This document shows positions 26,575 to 37,202 of a stretch of 64,000 nt of DNA, in pieces; within the stretch, counting starts at the first letter, position 1, and every line of letters begins with the position of its first letter. A program made the translations under genes and the position numbers. The stretch lies in the sequence record NC_028950.1; one strand, 5' to 3'. Under the pieces are notes generated by a model that ran no database searches, was not told the origin of the DNA, and saw nothing but the letters and a program-made list of their open reading frames with translations.

Positions 26575-26652
26575 ACTCTCTCACTTGGCTGTTAAACCAA
26601 ATGATCATAAACTAGAGAGGGCTTTCGCCCTCTCTAGTCTACGTTTCGTTGA

Positions 26653-27321
26653 TTATGCCGGGAGAGTGATCTCTGCCGGGATCGTCGGGAGGTCAGCTGC
26701 CGTAGCAGCATTCGTCACCGCGTCTTTGAGCGTCCAACCCGCACCCAGGAAGCCCAGATACGCGTCGTAAGCTGCATCAGACAACGACACAATCTGCGTC
26801 GGGGTACACATATGGGTCACGTTTTCCCAGTCACGGAACGGCATGACCGGATCCGTAGTACCTTTGGCAATCAGCGCCTCCGCGCGAATGCGGGCGCTGG
26901 CGATGTTTGCACGATCGCCATCACGCAGCTGAACGTGACCTGCTACGTCGGTGAACGCGAACGAGAAACCCTTTTCGATCGCAGCCGTTACTTTGGTTGC
27001 GATTTCTTCGAGCATGCCAGTCTTCCTTACGGAAAGAGCATTGGCCAGCTCGTCAGCCGTATAGGCGCGGGCATTCCAGTTCTGCGACCAGACGCCGTTT
27101 GCAAAGACAGGATCGCCTTCGCTCACGACATCTGCCGTGGGTGCTGCTACGTCTTGAACGACGAAGTAGCCCAGACCGTTGAGATAGCTCTCGTCGGTCT
27201 CGTCCGGAAACGAGATGTTGGGATTGTCCAGCCGTACCTGACCCATGTAAACCGGGTAGGTATTGGGCTGACCTGCCGCACCGATCTTGACCAGGCGGGT
27301 AGAAGCGTTGATAGTCGCCAT
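26653..27321 (-). CDS. Tail fibre assembly-associated protein (DUF4376-like C-terminus)
   Basis: Follows the fibre gene; QLRDGDRANI...FRDWENVTH. Confidence 0.65.
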   Translation of the reverse strand: MATINASTRLVKIGAAGQPNTYPVYMGQVRLDNPNISFPDETDESYLNGLGYFVVQDVAAPTADVVSEGDPVFANGVWSQNWNARAYTADELANALSVRKTGMLEEIATKVTAAIEKGFSFAFTDVAGHVQLRDGDRANIASARIRAEALIAKGTTDPVMPFRDWENVTHMCTPTQIVSLSDAAYDAYLGFLGAGWTLKDAVTNAATAADLPTIPAEITLPA

Positions 27322-27336
27322 GTTTGTTAGCTCCTA

Positions 27337-30300
27337 TTAGTTCGGAACCGAGCCGACCCATTCCGTACCGTCCCAGTTCAGGACAACGGTGGTCGTGCTG
27401 TTGGTCAGAGGAGGCGCCGAGCCGTCGAACCAACGGATGGTGTTGGTCCAGGTCATGGCGTTCGTCTTGCCGTAGATCTTCACGATAACGGTCGTCGTCC
27501 GGTCAGCAGCCGGCAAGTTGGTCATCGTGATTGCAGCAGCAGCCGTATTCTGGATACGGAACGTACGCGCAACCGAGAGGTCAAGCGTAACTGCGCCAGC
27601 GGAGATTGCAGCATCGACAGCCTTCAGAGTGTAGGTATCCAGACGAGTCCAGACGCCGCTCTTCAAGATATACGTACCCGTATCGGTCGGGATCGAATCG
27701 AGCAGCGTTTGCTCAATCCATTCACCAGCCTTCAGTGCGTAAACTTTCTGACCGGTCGCATCGACAGGCAGATTGTTCACGACATCCGGCAGATCCGCCC
27801 AGCCCGAATCGTTGTACGCACGGAACTTGCCCGTGGCCGCAGGAGCGTTCAGGTTACCGCCGCCGATGTAGCCCAGAGGAGCCCACGTCGACACGCTGGT
27901 TTTCCGGAAGAACTGCTGCGTGTTGCTGTTGAAGTAGTAGTCGCCGACATTACCGTCTTGCGCCTGCGGATCGCGCGTGAGCACAATCCAGAGCGAGCCC
28001 TGAGGGCCAGTCGGACCTGCAGGACCCGTGAGACCTTGCAGACCACGCAGACCCTGAACACCCTGCGGACCTTGAGCACCAACCACGTGACCCAGGTTGA
28101 ACCACTGCGAAGTGGTCGACAACCAGATCCAGCAGTTGTAAGTACCAGGCGAAGCCGAATCCGGAATCGCGTAACCCGTACCAGCCGTACCCGTTGCCGG
28201 GAGCAGGGACGAATCACTCAACTGACCGATGATCGAAATCGCCGGACCAGTTTGACCAGTAGCACCGGTCGCACCAGTTGCACCTGCGGGACCTTGCGGA
28301 CCAGTCGTCAGGGTGATGTAGTCGTTGATGGTTGCTCCGGGTTGGAGCTTTCCTGCGAGGATGGCGTCCTGGACCGCAGAATTGCCGGTAGGACCGACGA
28401 GCGAGGCGAGCCACTGGGCTTGCGTACCCACAAATCCGCCAGCGACGGCCGCCTGGTAGGCTGATTGGCCAGTTGCGCCAGTTGCGCCAGTGTTACCTTG
28501 GACACCTTGAATCCCTTGCGGTCCTTGAGCAACCGGACCTGCATCGATCCAGGCCGTGCCGTTGTGGATGAAAATATGACCAGCAGCGGTCGCCACTTTC
28601 GACAGAGAACCTGCCGGAATAGCTGCAGCCGAAGCATAGTCGCCGATGTACGCGAGACTCGTACCATTCGCACCGGCAGCGCCAGTAGCACCCGTAGCAC
28701 CTTGAATGCCCTGGATGCCCTGGATACCTTGGTCGCCCTTAGGACCAACCAGCGAAGCAAGCCATGCGGTGACATTGCCTACGAAGCCTTGGGCTACAGC
28801 AACCGTATAAGCGCTGTCGCCCTGCAGGCCCTTAAGCGAAGCCAACCACTGAGCCTGGGTACCAGCAAAGCCGCCCGCCACTGCGACATCGTAGGCGGAC
28901 TTACCATCGGCACCCACCGGACCTTGCAAGCCTTGCGGACCCTGCACACCGATTTGACCGTTGTCTTTCCAGCCGTTGGTTGCATCCCACAAGTAAATGT
29001 GGTTGGTATCTGCCGTGGTAGCAGCAGCACCCGTATGCGTGCCAGTCGGAAGAGCCGCAGCGTTCGCAAACTGACCGATGTACGTGAAACTCACGCCATC
29101 TGCGCCCTTAAGCGATGCCAGCCATTCCGTCACGGTGCCTGCGAAACCAGCAGCTTGCGCTTGCTGATAAGCCGACAGACCGTTGGTGCCGTTCGTACCG
29201 TTTGCACCACGCCATTGACCCATGTTGACGAACTGAGCGCTCGTCGAGTTGTAGACGTAGATGAAACCACCGATTTCGTAAGCATCGCCATTGGCGTTGC
29301 CAGTCGTCGGAAGGTTTGCCACAGCCGGGAGCGAACCCTTAGCGTTGACGGGTTGACCAACAGGACCTTGCGGGCCAGTTACACCGGCGGGACCCGTGAA
29401 GTTGCCTTGGTCGACGAATACCGCGCCGTCCCACGTCCAGAGGTGACCAGCGATCGAGTACGTGTCGCCCACGGTTTGACCCGTAGTCGGCAGCAATCCA
29501 GTGTTGGCGAGGGTACCCTTCGCTTTCATCGGAAGACCTGCGGGACCCTGAGGACCCGTTGCACCAGCTGCACCCGTATCGCCCTTCGGACCCACGTTGC
29601 GGCCGAGGTTCACGAATTGCGAGTTGATCCAGACATGGAAGTCATAGCCGTTCGTGTCGTCACCGACCAGATAGCCATGGTTGTTGGTGCCAGTTGCAGG
29701 CAGAGCGCCCACCGTCGCCACCGTACCGTCAGCCACGAACGAGATCGCCGTATCACCCTTGACGCCTTGCGGGCCAGTGATGTACGAGATGAACAGCGGC
29801 AACGTGTTGATTTCCGGATGCTGAGCACGAACGACATCCCATGCCGATTGACCTTGCGGCCCAACCGGACCAACTGCACCGGTGTCGCCCTTGAGACCTT
29901 GCTGACCTTGCAGCTGCCAGGTCGTGCCCTGCCACACATACATGACAGTGCCGATCAGCCAGGCATCGCCATTGCGTTGGCCGGAGACAGGCAGGTAGTC
30001 GGGCGAAGGAAGCGAACCGAGCACCGTGATGCCCGAGCCGTCCTTACCAGGCGTCCCCTGGAAATTCCCCATGTCCGTCCAGGCACCGTTCAGGTTCATC
30101 CAGACGTGAGTGCCGACGAAGAAGTAGTCGGATTGCAAGAAGCCCGAGGGATCCGGCAGATCAGCCGACGTATTCACCGAACCAACGAGATGGCCGAGCA
30201 CCGAGCTTTGACCAGCAGGACCGGTAGCGCCAGGAGTACCGGTATCACCCTTCGGACCTTTCAGGGTTGCCAGCCAGGCGTTCAGATCGCCGACAAAGCC

Positions 30301-30897
30301 TTGGTTGACTGCGTCTTCGTATGCAGATTTGCCATGCAACGAAAGCAGCCACGTCGGTTCATCACCAACGAAACCATCAGCCACGGCAACTTCATAAGCC
30401 GACTTACCGTTCGTACCAGCTGCACCAGCAGCACCGGTGTCACCTTTGGTGCCTTTGAGCGAAGCAACCCACGTAGCCATGTCGCCGACGAAACCACCGG
30501 CAACAGCGGCCTCGTAAGCGCTTTGACCGGTAGCACCGGTATCACCCTTAACACCTGCGGGACCTTGGATACCTTGGTCACCCTTTGCTCCCTTGAGCGA
30601 GGTAACCCAGGCAGCTTCGGTACCAGCATAGCCTTGATCGAGAGCCGACTGGTAAGCGGACTTACCGTTTTGCCCTTGAAGGCTCGACAACCATTGAGCC
30701 TGAGTGCCGATGTAACCGGCAGCGACAGCGACCTCATAGGCCGATTTGCCGTTCACCGTTACACCACCCAGGGGAACCTTCACGCTAGCCGCCTGACCGA
30801 CCACATGCACTTCGATGTACGAATTCGCAGCGTCGATCTGGCCAGTCAGCATGTCAAGTTCGAGGATGGTTTTACCCACCACTTGAGGACCCGTCAT
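27337..30897 (-). CDS. Collagen-like tail fibre protein
   Basis: Gly-X-Y runs, about nine GxSAY..A...GF.G....WL.SL.G repeats, about eight beta-knob repeats, C-terminal TLDLSVARTF domain. Confidence 0.9.
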   Translation of the reverse strand: MTGPQVVGKTILELDMLTGQIDAANSYIEVHVVGQAASVKVPLGGVTVNGKSAYEVAVAAGYIGTQAQWLSSLQGQNGKSAYQSALDQGYAGTEAAWVTSLKGAKGDQGIQGPAGVKGDTGATGQSAYEAAVAGGFVGDMATWVASLKGTKGDTGAAGAAGTNGKSAYEVAVADGFVGDEPTWLLSLHGKSAYEDAVNQGFVGDLNAWLATLKGPKGDTGTPGATGPAGQSSVLGHLVGSVNTSADLPDPSGFLQSDYFFVGTHVWMNLNGAWTDMGNFQGTPGKDGSGITVLGSLPSPDYLPVSGQRNGDAWLIGTVMYVWQGTTWQLQGQQGLKGDTGAVGPVGPQGQSAWDVVRAQHPEINTLPLFISYITGPQGVKGDTAISFVADGTVATVGALPATGTNNHGYLVGDDTNGYDFHVWINSQFVNLGRNVGPKGDTGAAGATGPQGPAGLPMKAKGTLANTGLLPTTGQTVGDTYSIAGHLWTWDGAVFVDQGNFTGPAGVTGPQGPVGQPVNAKGSLPAVANLPTTGNANGDAYEIGGFIYVYNSTSAQFVNMGQWRGANGTNGTNGLSAYQQAQAAGFAGTVTEWLASLKGADGVSFTYIGQFANAAALPTGTHTGAAATTADTNHIYLWDATNGWKDNGQIGVQGPQGLQGPVGADGKSAYDVAVAGGFAGTQAQWLASLKGLQGDSAYTVAVAQGFVGNVTAWLASLVGPKGDQGIQGIQGIQGATGATGAAGANGTSLAYIGDYASAAAIPAGSLSKVATAAGHIFIHNGTAWIDAGPVAQGPQGIQGVQGNTGATGATGQSAYQAAVAGGFVGTQAQWLASLVGPTGNSAVQDAILAGKLQPGATINDYITLTTGPQGPAGATGATGATGQTGPAISIIGQLSDSSLLPATGTAGTGYAIPDSASPGTYNCWIWLSTTSQWFNLGHVVGAQGPQGVQGLRGLQGLTGPAGPTGPQGSLWIVLTRDPQAQDGNVGDYYFNSNTQQFFRKTSVSTWAPLGYIGGGNLNAPAATGKFRAYNDSGWADLPDVVNNLPVDATGQKVYALKAGEWIEQTLLDSIPTDTGTYILKSGVWTRLDTYTLKAVDAAISAGAVTLDLSVARTFRIQNTAAAAITMTNLPAADRTTTVIVKIYGKTNAMTWTNTIRWFDGSAPPLTNSTTTVVLNWDGTEWVGSVPN

Positions 30898-30947
30898 GGA
30901 GAACTCCCATTTCCTGTAAAAAATTACTTTGTTTTTGCGAAAAAAAA

Positions 30948-32009
30948 TCAGACGTAGGTACGCGCGTCACCACCCGTGGTGCCAACACGATAGCTACCGT
31001 CTCCTACAAGACGGACGTTGATGATCGTCGGCGTGTCGTAGGTGACTTTGAGGGTATACGTACCCGGAAGCCATGCGAGAGACGTCTTTTTAAACGTGAT
31101 CGGATACTCAGAGAGACCAGGCTCAAACGCCGTATTCTCAATGTCATCAGCGGTCAGGTTAAGACCGAGGGCTGCGTTGATCTGATCGAGTATGCTGTAG
31201 ACCGTGAACGGGTCGTTGGGTACGAGCACCGTCGGGATGTTCCCGCCGGCGAATTGGTCATTGATCGTGCTAGGACTGACGCGAGTGTAGTACAACCACT
31301 GATCGACATACCCTTGCTTATGCGCATACACATAGATACGGGTATTACGACCGGCAGGAGCGACGGACACCGATTCCATTGCACCGAAATCGAAGTCGAT
31401 CATCTCTTGCCAATTCACGGCGCTGTCGTGATTGGCGATGCTCGTCAGCTGCGTCTTTTTGTCGGCCTGAATGCTGGTTGCCGAAAGGAAACCGAACAAC
31501 AGGTAATTCGGGAACAACAGATTTTTCTTTCCACCACCGAGGACGTTGATGTAGCGCCATCCCATCCAGATTTTCGAAGTCGGTAATGCAGTGATGACGA
31601 AATCGTCATCCATTGTTGTGTACTCGGTATTTACCAGATCGTTTTCCGTCAGCCGGACACCCAGCTGTCTGTTGATCTGATCGAGTATGTCATACGTTTT
31701 GAAAGGAATTGCGAGAGGTTGGATGACAGAATCATCCACCACACGCAGTGCCGCGAGAGGAATCCGATGATACAGAAAACCGGTTTCAGTCGGGAACATG
31801 CGATGATCGAACTTCGGATTGATCTTCGCAGGAATGTACGTGTTCGGATCGTCTTCGATGTCAGGTCGCTGATCCAACGCCTTTGGAGTACCGAATGTCG
31901 CCATGGGAGGCGGCAGTTTGTACTTGTTGGAAATATAGATCAGATCACAGAGAGTCTCTGCCTCCGGACGATCGAAGTCGTATGTCAAGATGAACTGGAA
32001 GATCGACAT
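30948..32009 (-). CDS. Virion structural protein with duplicated domain (fibre-associated)
   Basis: Repeat YDILDQINRQLGVRLTENDL / YSILDQINAALGLNLTADDI, typical of phiKZ-like structural proteins. Confidence 0.7.
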   Translation of the reverse strand: MSIFQFILTYDFDRPEAETLCDLIYISNKYKLPPPMATFGTPKALDQRPDIEDDPNTYIPAKINPKFDHRMFPTETGFLYHRIPLAALRVVDDSVIQPLAIPFKTYDILDQINRQLGVRLTENDLVNTEYTTMDDDFVITALPTSKIWMGWRYINVLGGGKKNLLFPNYLLFGFLSATSIQADKKTQLTSIANHDSAVNWQEMIDFDFGAMESVSVAPAGRNTRIYVYAHKQGYVDQWLYYTRVSPSTINDQFAGGNIPTVLVPNDPFTVYSILDQINAALGLNLTADDIENTAFEPGLSEYPITFKKTSLAWLPGTYTLKVTYDTPTIINVRLVGDGSYRVGTTGGDARTYV

Positions 32010-32120
32010 ATGACTCCGTTCCTGGGGTTAAAAAATCAAAAAAAAATACACATAGCTCAAACGATTAATGCAGCAGACATACTATCCAGGATCGAAATCC
32101 TGGATAGTAGTCATGCACGT

Positions 32121-32468
32121 TTATGCAGCGCGGACAATGTGACTACCGCGTTGTGAAGCGCGCGCCGGAGCGAGGCCGCTGTACGAATACAGATGCGTCG
32201 GATCGATGCCTGCGGTCTTGGCGTGGAAGAACAGTTCTTCGATCAGAGCCGGCGTCATCTTCGGAGCATGGGTATGACCCTTGAAGAAGAACGAGATCGT
32301 GATCGGCGACTTTGCGCCTTCCTTGAACCAGGTGCCGACGATGGCACCGTGTTCGCCCTTGCCTGCTGCTTCGTGACCGAACAGCACTTCGTGCTTCAGT
32401 TGACGGTCGGTGTTGATGAAACCCAGTTTGCCCAGAATCTTTTTCATTTGGAATATCCTTTCAAACAT
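32121..32468 (-). CDS. Hypothetical protein
   Basis: ORF between two hairpins. Confidence 0.6.
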   Translation of the reverse strand: MFERIFQMKKILGKLGFINTDRQLKHEVLFGHEAAGKGEHGAIVGTWFKEGAKSPITISFFFKGHTHAPKMTPALIEELFFHAKTAGIDPTHLYSYSGLAPARASQRGSHIVRAA

Positions 32469-32504
32469 TTTAAAGTAGGGGACCGAAGTCCCCCGGTTAA
32501 CTAC

Positions 32505-33095
32505 TTACTGCGGCGTGTTCATTGCCACATTGCACTCTTCGCATTGGAAGTTGTGCTGATGGTCGTAAAAGATGTGATCTTGCACGACCGTCTTCTGGCA
32601 CGTATGACACTTAAACTCATACTGTCCAGAATCATCATCCAAATCGTCTTGATTCGGATCTTGAGCCGAATACCAAGCGTCATCACTGTCATCGGAATTA
32701 TCATCTCCGAATTCAGCACGACGATCAGCATCGTCACGAGCAACGCGGGCTTTGTGCTTATCGAGCTCTTTGCACGCATTGCAGATGAACAGCGGCTCGT
32801 CGCCTTGGGCAGCGTAGAAGTCATACCACCGCCACTCGAAGCCGTCTTTCTTCTTGACGGTCAACTTGCAGTCAGCGCAATGACATTCTTCATTGCCCTC
32901 TTCCTCGTCAGCTTTCTCATCGCATGCCTTACAGCACACGAACGAGCTAACCGGACCGAAGGAATCCATTTCGCGACGAATGACTGTCGCGAGGTTGACG
33001 TCGGCTTCCACATGCTCGCATGCGCTGTCTTCAGCGATGAGCTTTTGTTTGTGTTCGACGTCGCCAACGATAATGCCACGAGTAAACCAGTTCAT
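32505..33095 (-). CDS. Cys-rich, multi-Zn-finger acidic protein
   Basis: CCKAC, CHCADC, CNAC, CHTC, CEEC plus a Asp-rich linker. Confidence 0.7.
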   Translation of the reverse strand: MNWFTRGIIVGDVEHKQKLIAEDSACEHVEADVNLATVIRREMDSFGPVSSFVCCKACDEKADEEEGNEECHCADCKLTVKKKDGFEWRWYDFYAAQGDEPLFICNACKELDKHKARVARDDADRRAEFGDDNSDDSDDAWYSAQDPNQDDLDDDSGQYEFKCHTCQKTVVQDHIFYDHQHNFQCEECNVAMNTPQ

Positions 33096-33159
33096 GGTTT
33101 CTCTTCTCCTAAAAAGGTTTTGAGCGCCGGAGTGATTACCGGCATTTTGGCCCAGCTGT

Positions 33160-33648
33160 TTACATCCCGTACTTCACGAGGAAGTCATCGAACTGGCGGA
33201 AGAACTCTCCACGAATGTAAGTGACGCCGTGGAAGTCTCGTGCACTGATTCGTGATTCAGGATCTTTGCGGTATGCCTGAAGCATGATTTCGGCGATCAT
33301 CGGTTCGAGCCGGCGAATGTAGTCTCTGTTATACGGGGCATCGAAACCGAAGTGGCTCAGCACCGCCAGGTATGCATTGACCTGGAACGAATCCGTGAAA
33401 CGATCATGTTCGAAATCTCCGCTATCGGCCATGCCTCGGAACCGCAGCGACATCAGCCACTTGTCGACTTTTACCGTCGCCAATTCGAAACTCTTCATAT
33501 CTTCGTTTCGTTCAGCAAAAGCCTGAAAACGAAGATCGATCATTCCGTTGTCGTAGTGGCTACGAGAATCACGTGCGTTCATGTCACGCAGAACTTCACC
33601 ATCGTAAACAACATGGACCACGTACTTCTTATCCATTCGAAACTCCAT
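33160..33648 (-). CDS. Hypothetical protein
   Basis: First ORF after promoter 33692. Confidence 0.65.
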   Translation of the reverse strand: MEFRMDKKYVVHVVYDGEVLRDMNARDSRSHYDNGMIDLRFQAFAERNEDMKSFELATVKVDKWLMSLRFRGMADSGDFEHDRFTDSFQVNAYLAVLSHFGFDAPYNRDYIRRLEPMIAEIMLQAYRKDPESRISARDFHGVTYIRGEFFRQFDDFLVKYGM

Positions 33649-33691
33649 TGTAAAAGGAAGTTCAAAGCCTTTGATTGGCTTTATCCTTTTC

Positions 33692-33699
33692 GTTATATA
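33692..33699 (-). promoter_or_regulatory. Putative early promoter core TATATAAC
   Basis: Intergenic, after hairpin 33731-33754, upstream TTTTTCA. Confidence 0.6.
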
Positions 33700-33763
33700 T
33701 CAGTGAAAAAATCTAAAGCGGCATATGACGAGGATAGGGCTTTCGCCCTATCCTGTCTTTCGT

Positions 33764-35146
33764 TTAAGTCAAACCAGTCAGACCAGCCTGATTGGGATCA
33801 TCCGCTCTCACGAAGATCACCATTGCAACGAATGAACGATAGCCATTTGCCATCAGGCCTTTACCATTCATCTTGGTTTGAATGTGCGCTTTCAGCAACA
33901 CGCCATTGACTTGCTTCACCTCACCCTGATCGAGGAACATGATCTTCACATTCAGACCAGGCTTGATGAGTTTGGGATTAGCATTTTCCCATTCGATCGT
34001 GTAAAAGTGTCCTTGTCCACGAGCCAGACGAGAAGTTGCCAGATACGGATTTGCCGTAATCCCTTCAGGCGAGAGTCGAACATTATTCTTTCCGTTAGCA
34101 GCTTGCTCGCCAACAAATTCATTGTTGTTCTGACTACGCCTAGCCAATGCTGTATTGTTGCCGCCCTTAGAGAAGCCCTGAACAATCTTGTTAGCATCTG
34201 CGAACATGACGCCATTACCAGCATTGTCCTGAATCTGACTCTTGTCGGATTCGATCTTCTTGTTACCCGTCGACAGGATAGTCGTGATGCCATTCTGCGT
34301 GAGGTAAGTCTTTTCGACCTGAGGGAAGCGCTTAGCAGGAACCGATATGACGACGAGCTTTTCCTTCGCATCATCAAAGCCTGCCGTGTCGTACGGCGGA
34401 TACACGTACCAGATACGCTCATGAACAAACTGAGCCATACCGGTCGGGAAAATACCACCGCATTTGGTTTGAACGTAATCCGCCAGATCCGAGAGCATGA
34501 CGCCGTGATCAATTACGACCTGACTCTGCTTATCGGTAGCCGCGTTCGGATGCATGTTCACGCCCAGAAGCTTGTTGTCGTCATCGACTTCAATCTGACC
34601 ACAGTTCATCGTGATCAGATGTTTGACGAGATCCGCATTGGTCGTGTTGGTGAAGTTGCCACCCACACTACATTTGCTGATGTCATCGAGTAGCTTAGGC
34701 TTCAGCTGAATATCGACTTCGACAAAGTCAAGCAGGTTCTGGACCTCTCGACTCAAGTTCTCGGTGTTGTTGTCTTCCGACATGAAAGGACGAGCCTTCG
34801 GGTCGACTGACACGTTAAAGGTTTCGACAATCACGGATCCAGCAGCACTGGATTTATCGTAACTGTTGGGATTGAGTAGTTCCGTTTTCAGGATAAACTC
34901 AAGACTTCCCTTGGCGGGATAAACGAAAGCCGTGTAGTCACCCAACATCATGACTACGCGAATCATCTTCACCGCGCCATAGTTCAGTTCGTAATCAGCA
35001 TGTTCGTCGATGTCCGTAATCTTGATCACGTCATACGTCTTGGTGCCAACCTTGAACTGACCAGTATAGCTGTAGAAGTTGGGCTGGAAACCGGAGTTCA
35101 ATACCCGCTGGATATCGAAGTCCAATGGGGAGCTATCGATGTTCAT
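33764..35146 (-). CDS. Virion structural protein, putative baseplate hub (phiKZ gp101-like)
   Basis: Size, position at the end of the conserved block and recalled similarity. Confidence 0.6.
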   Translation of the reverse strand: MNIDSSPLDFDIQRVLNSGFQPNFYSYTGQFKVGTKTYDVIKITDIDEHADYELNYGAVKMIRVVMMLGDYTAFVYPAKGSLEFILKTELLNPNSYDKSSAAGSVIVETFNVSVDPKARPFMSEDNNTENLSREVQNLLDFVEVDIQLKPKLLDDISKCSVGGNFTNTTNADLVKHLITMNCGQIEVDDDNKLLGVNMHPNAATDKQSQVVIDHGVMLSDLADYVQTKCGGIFPTGMAQFVHERIWYVYPPYDTAGFDDAKEKLVVISVPAKRFPQVEKTYLTQNGITTILSTGNKKIESDKSQIQDNAGNGVMFADANKIVQGFSKGGNNTALARRSQNNNEFVGEQAANGKNNVRLSPEGITANPYLATSRLARGQGHFYTIEWENANPKLIKPGLNVKIMFLDQGEVKQVNGVLLKAHIQTKMNGKGLMANGYRSFVAMVIFVRADDPNQAGLTGLT

Positions 35147-35847
35147 TGAATACGCCCGTGAATACCTGAACGATCCATATACGACAGGAAGATGTCACGC
35201 ATGGATGGACGCTCCGGCAACTTCTTCTCTTCCACGTTTTCTTCTTTCGGCTTGTCAGTAACAGGCACCGTCGAGTACTTGTTGCGAACGGTGTACTGAT
35301 CTTGCTTTGCCTTGCCGCGATCTTTGACCCGTTTGTCGACAGCCTCGAACATTGCGTTGAGGTTGATGATTTCTCTCTGAAGACCTTCGGGGATGAAGGT
35401 ACGGGCAAATTCCTCACCGTACTCGTGACCAGCGTACTGATACACGGCTTCAGCGAATTCGTCGATCTGCACCAGATCTTCAAACGGCACGTTGTGATTG
35501 AACACAGTCGACTGGATGCGCTTCGCCCAATCGAACGTATAGTCCTGGCAGATCTCGTAGATCGCTTTCGTATCGTCACGCTTAACGATACTGACCATCG
35601 TGTGTTCATGATAGTACTCCACCATCTGAGCGATGGGGATGTACACGGGAGCTTGTTGTTTCATGAGCTCCCGGTCTACGTTTTGATTACCCGATGTGTG
35701 CAGGCCGTAGCGTTCCAGGTACGCCGTACCGTATCGAGCGATACGAGGTACCTTACACAGCCAGACCCGACCCCACATCGGATACCGAGGATCATCGAAA
35801 GGGATGCTACTCGGATTAGGTGCGGGGCGTTTCTTTTGTTCGGTCAT
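35143..35847 (-). CDS. Conserved phiKZ-like protein (gp100-like)
   Basis: Synteny; ATGA coupling. Confidence 0.55.
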   Translation of the reverse strand: MTEQKKRPAPNPSSIPFDDPRYPMWGRVWLCKVPRIARYGTAYLERYGLHTSGNQNVDRELMKQQAPVYIPIAQMVEYYHEHTMVSIVKRDDTKAIYEICQDYTFDWAKRIQSTVFNHNVPFEDLVQIDEFAEAVYQYAGHEYGEEFARTFIPEGLQREIINLNAMFEAVDKRVKDRGKAKQDQYTVRNKYSTVPVTDKPKEENVEEKKLPERPSMRDIFLSYMDRSGIHGRIQ

Positions 35848-37193
35848 AGCCTTCTGAGGTTGTACTTGATCAACAACAGGAGAAGCGGAATGTAGTAGAA
35901 CCGTTCCACATGCCCCCAGTTGAGAATGTCGTCACACACTTTCAGAATATCGCGAGCGGCGATAATTTTAAAATCGATGTAGTCCAGCAGCAGACTTTCG
36001 AGCAACGACAGGTTCGTGTTGTCACGCGTATAGAAGGCGCTGGAGAGGACGTAGCCGTTGTCCATGTCGATGGGCTTGATGACTGGCATCGGGGCAATGG
36101 AGCCGTCCGTAGGCGGTACAGGAGGCACGTACGCAGGCATTGTCGACTTGATGTTGACGGGAAGCAGAGGTTTCTGGATTTCCTTGGCCATCATGAAGTC
36201 AACGTTCGTCTTCGGATCAACCGGATACACGACTTGGGCGATACCCGAGTAGCGCATCGAGGCAAGCAAAGCCGAGCGGTGGAAGTTGATACGAGACGTC
36301 AAGCCAGTCTTCGTGTAGATGAAGTTCATCAACTTCGGATCACGATTGGAAAGCATCGTCCACAGACTCATGGACGAGATCGCACCATCGTCACCGATGT
36401 TCAACTCACGGATCGACTGGATATGAACATCGTCGAACGAGTTCATGATCGACTTGACGAAATCGACCAGACCATGGTCGTAAGTCGGTACATCCTGCAT
36501 CGGCACAACAATCGTCATGTACTCGCGACTGAAGTACTGATTGAAATACAACTGAATGTAGTCGTACCAATAGCCAGCCAATTTCTTGCTGTTCTGGTAA
36601 TCGTCCTCAACGAGCAAGGGATTCTGCATGTTAAGCAGAAAGTCCTTGACGAAGTAGTACGTGACGATCGTCTTCTGATCGAGATCGTAGATACGCGTCT
36701 GATCATTGATCGCAATCAGCTGATACTCGATCTGGTGGGCATGATCCACGAAGATCTGCATCGCCTGAACTTTCGTGACCTTGAAGATACCTTCACGGCC
36801 ATCGGCAATGCCGGCACGGAACATGTCGCCTTCCTGAGGAACCAGGAAAGGATAGACGTTCGCCATACCCTGCATCGTCATTTCGTTGGTCTGAGGATCT
36901 TGAGAAACCTGCGTCAAGTCCTGAGTCACTTTCAGTTCCATCGACCAGATGCGACGGTACTGTTGGAGAACGGCAGGCAAGGACGTATCCTGGCCTTTGA
37001 TCTCACTGTTCTTGTCGAGGATCTGTGAGTAGTAATCTACCACCCACGGCGAGCCTTCGATATACGCAAGCAGATCGCTCTGAGGCGTATATTCAGTATC
37101 GATGACAGCGGTCTTCACACCCGGCTTGAACGGACGCACGATGTCCAGTTTGGGCTGAGTGGGAGCCTTGTCGGTATCTGTCCAAAGCGGCAT
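35844..37193 (-). CDS. Virion structural protein (phiKZ gp99-like)
   Basis: LLAYIEGSPWVVDYYSQIL; synteny. Confidence 0.6.
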   Translation of the reverse strand: MPLWTDTDKAPTQPKLDIVRPFKPGVKTAVIDTEYTPQSDLLAYIEGSPWVVDYYSQILDKNSEIKGQDTSLPAVLQQYRRIWSMELKVTQDLTQVSQDPQTNEMTMQGMANVYPFLVPQEGDMFRAGIADGREGIFKVTKVQAMQIFVDHAHQIEYQLIAINDQTRIYDLDQKTIVTYYFVKDFLLNMQNPLLVEDDYQNSKKLAGYWYDYIQLYFNQYFSREYMTIVVPMQDVPTYDHGLVDFVKSIMNSFDDVHIQSIRELNIGDDGAISSMSLWTMLSNRDPKLMNFIYTKTGLTSRINFHRSALLASMRYSGIAQVVYPVDPKTNVDFMMAKEIQKPLLPVNIKSTMPAYVPPVPPTDGSIAPMPVIKPIDMDNGYVLSSAFYTRDNTNLSLLESLLLDYIDFKIIAARDILKVCDDILNWGHVERFYYIPLLLLLIKYNLRRL

Positions 37194-37202
37194 TGCGTCC
37201 TC

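Noticed and set aside
27337-30897. Tandem DNA repeats that might suggest CRISPR or a DGR
   Set aside because: The repeats are degenerate, in frame and protein-level; there are no identical repeats with unique spacers and no reverse transcriptase.
28465-30957. 830-aa plus-strand ORF and other ORFs over the tail fibre
   Set aside because: Antisense shadow of the Gly-X-Y/GC3-biased fibre gene; no protein-like features.
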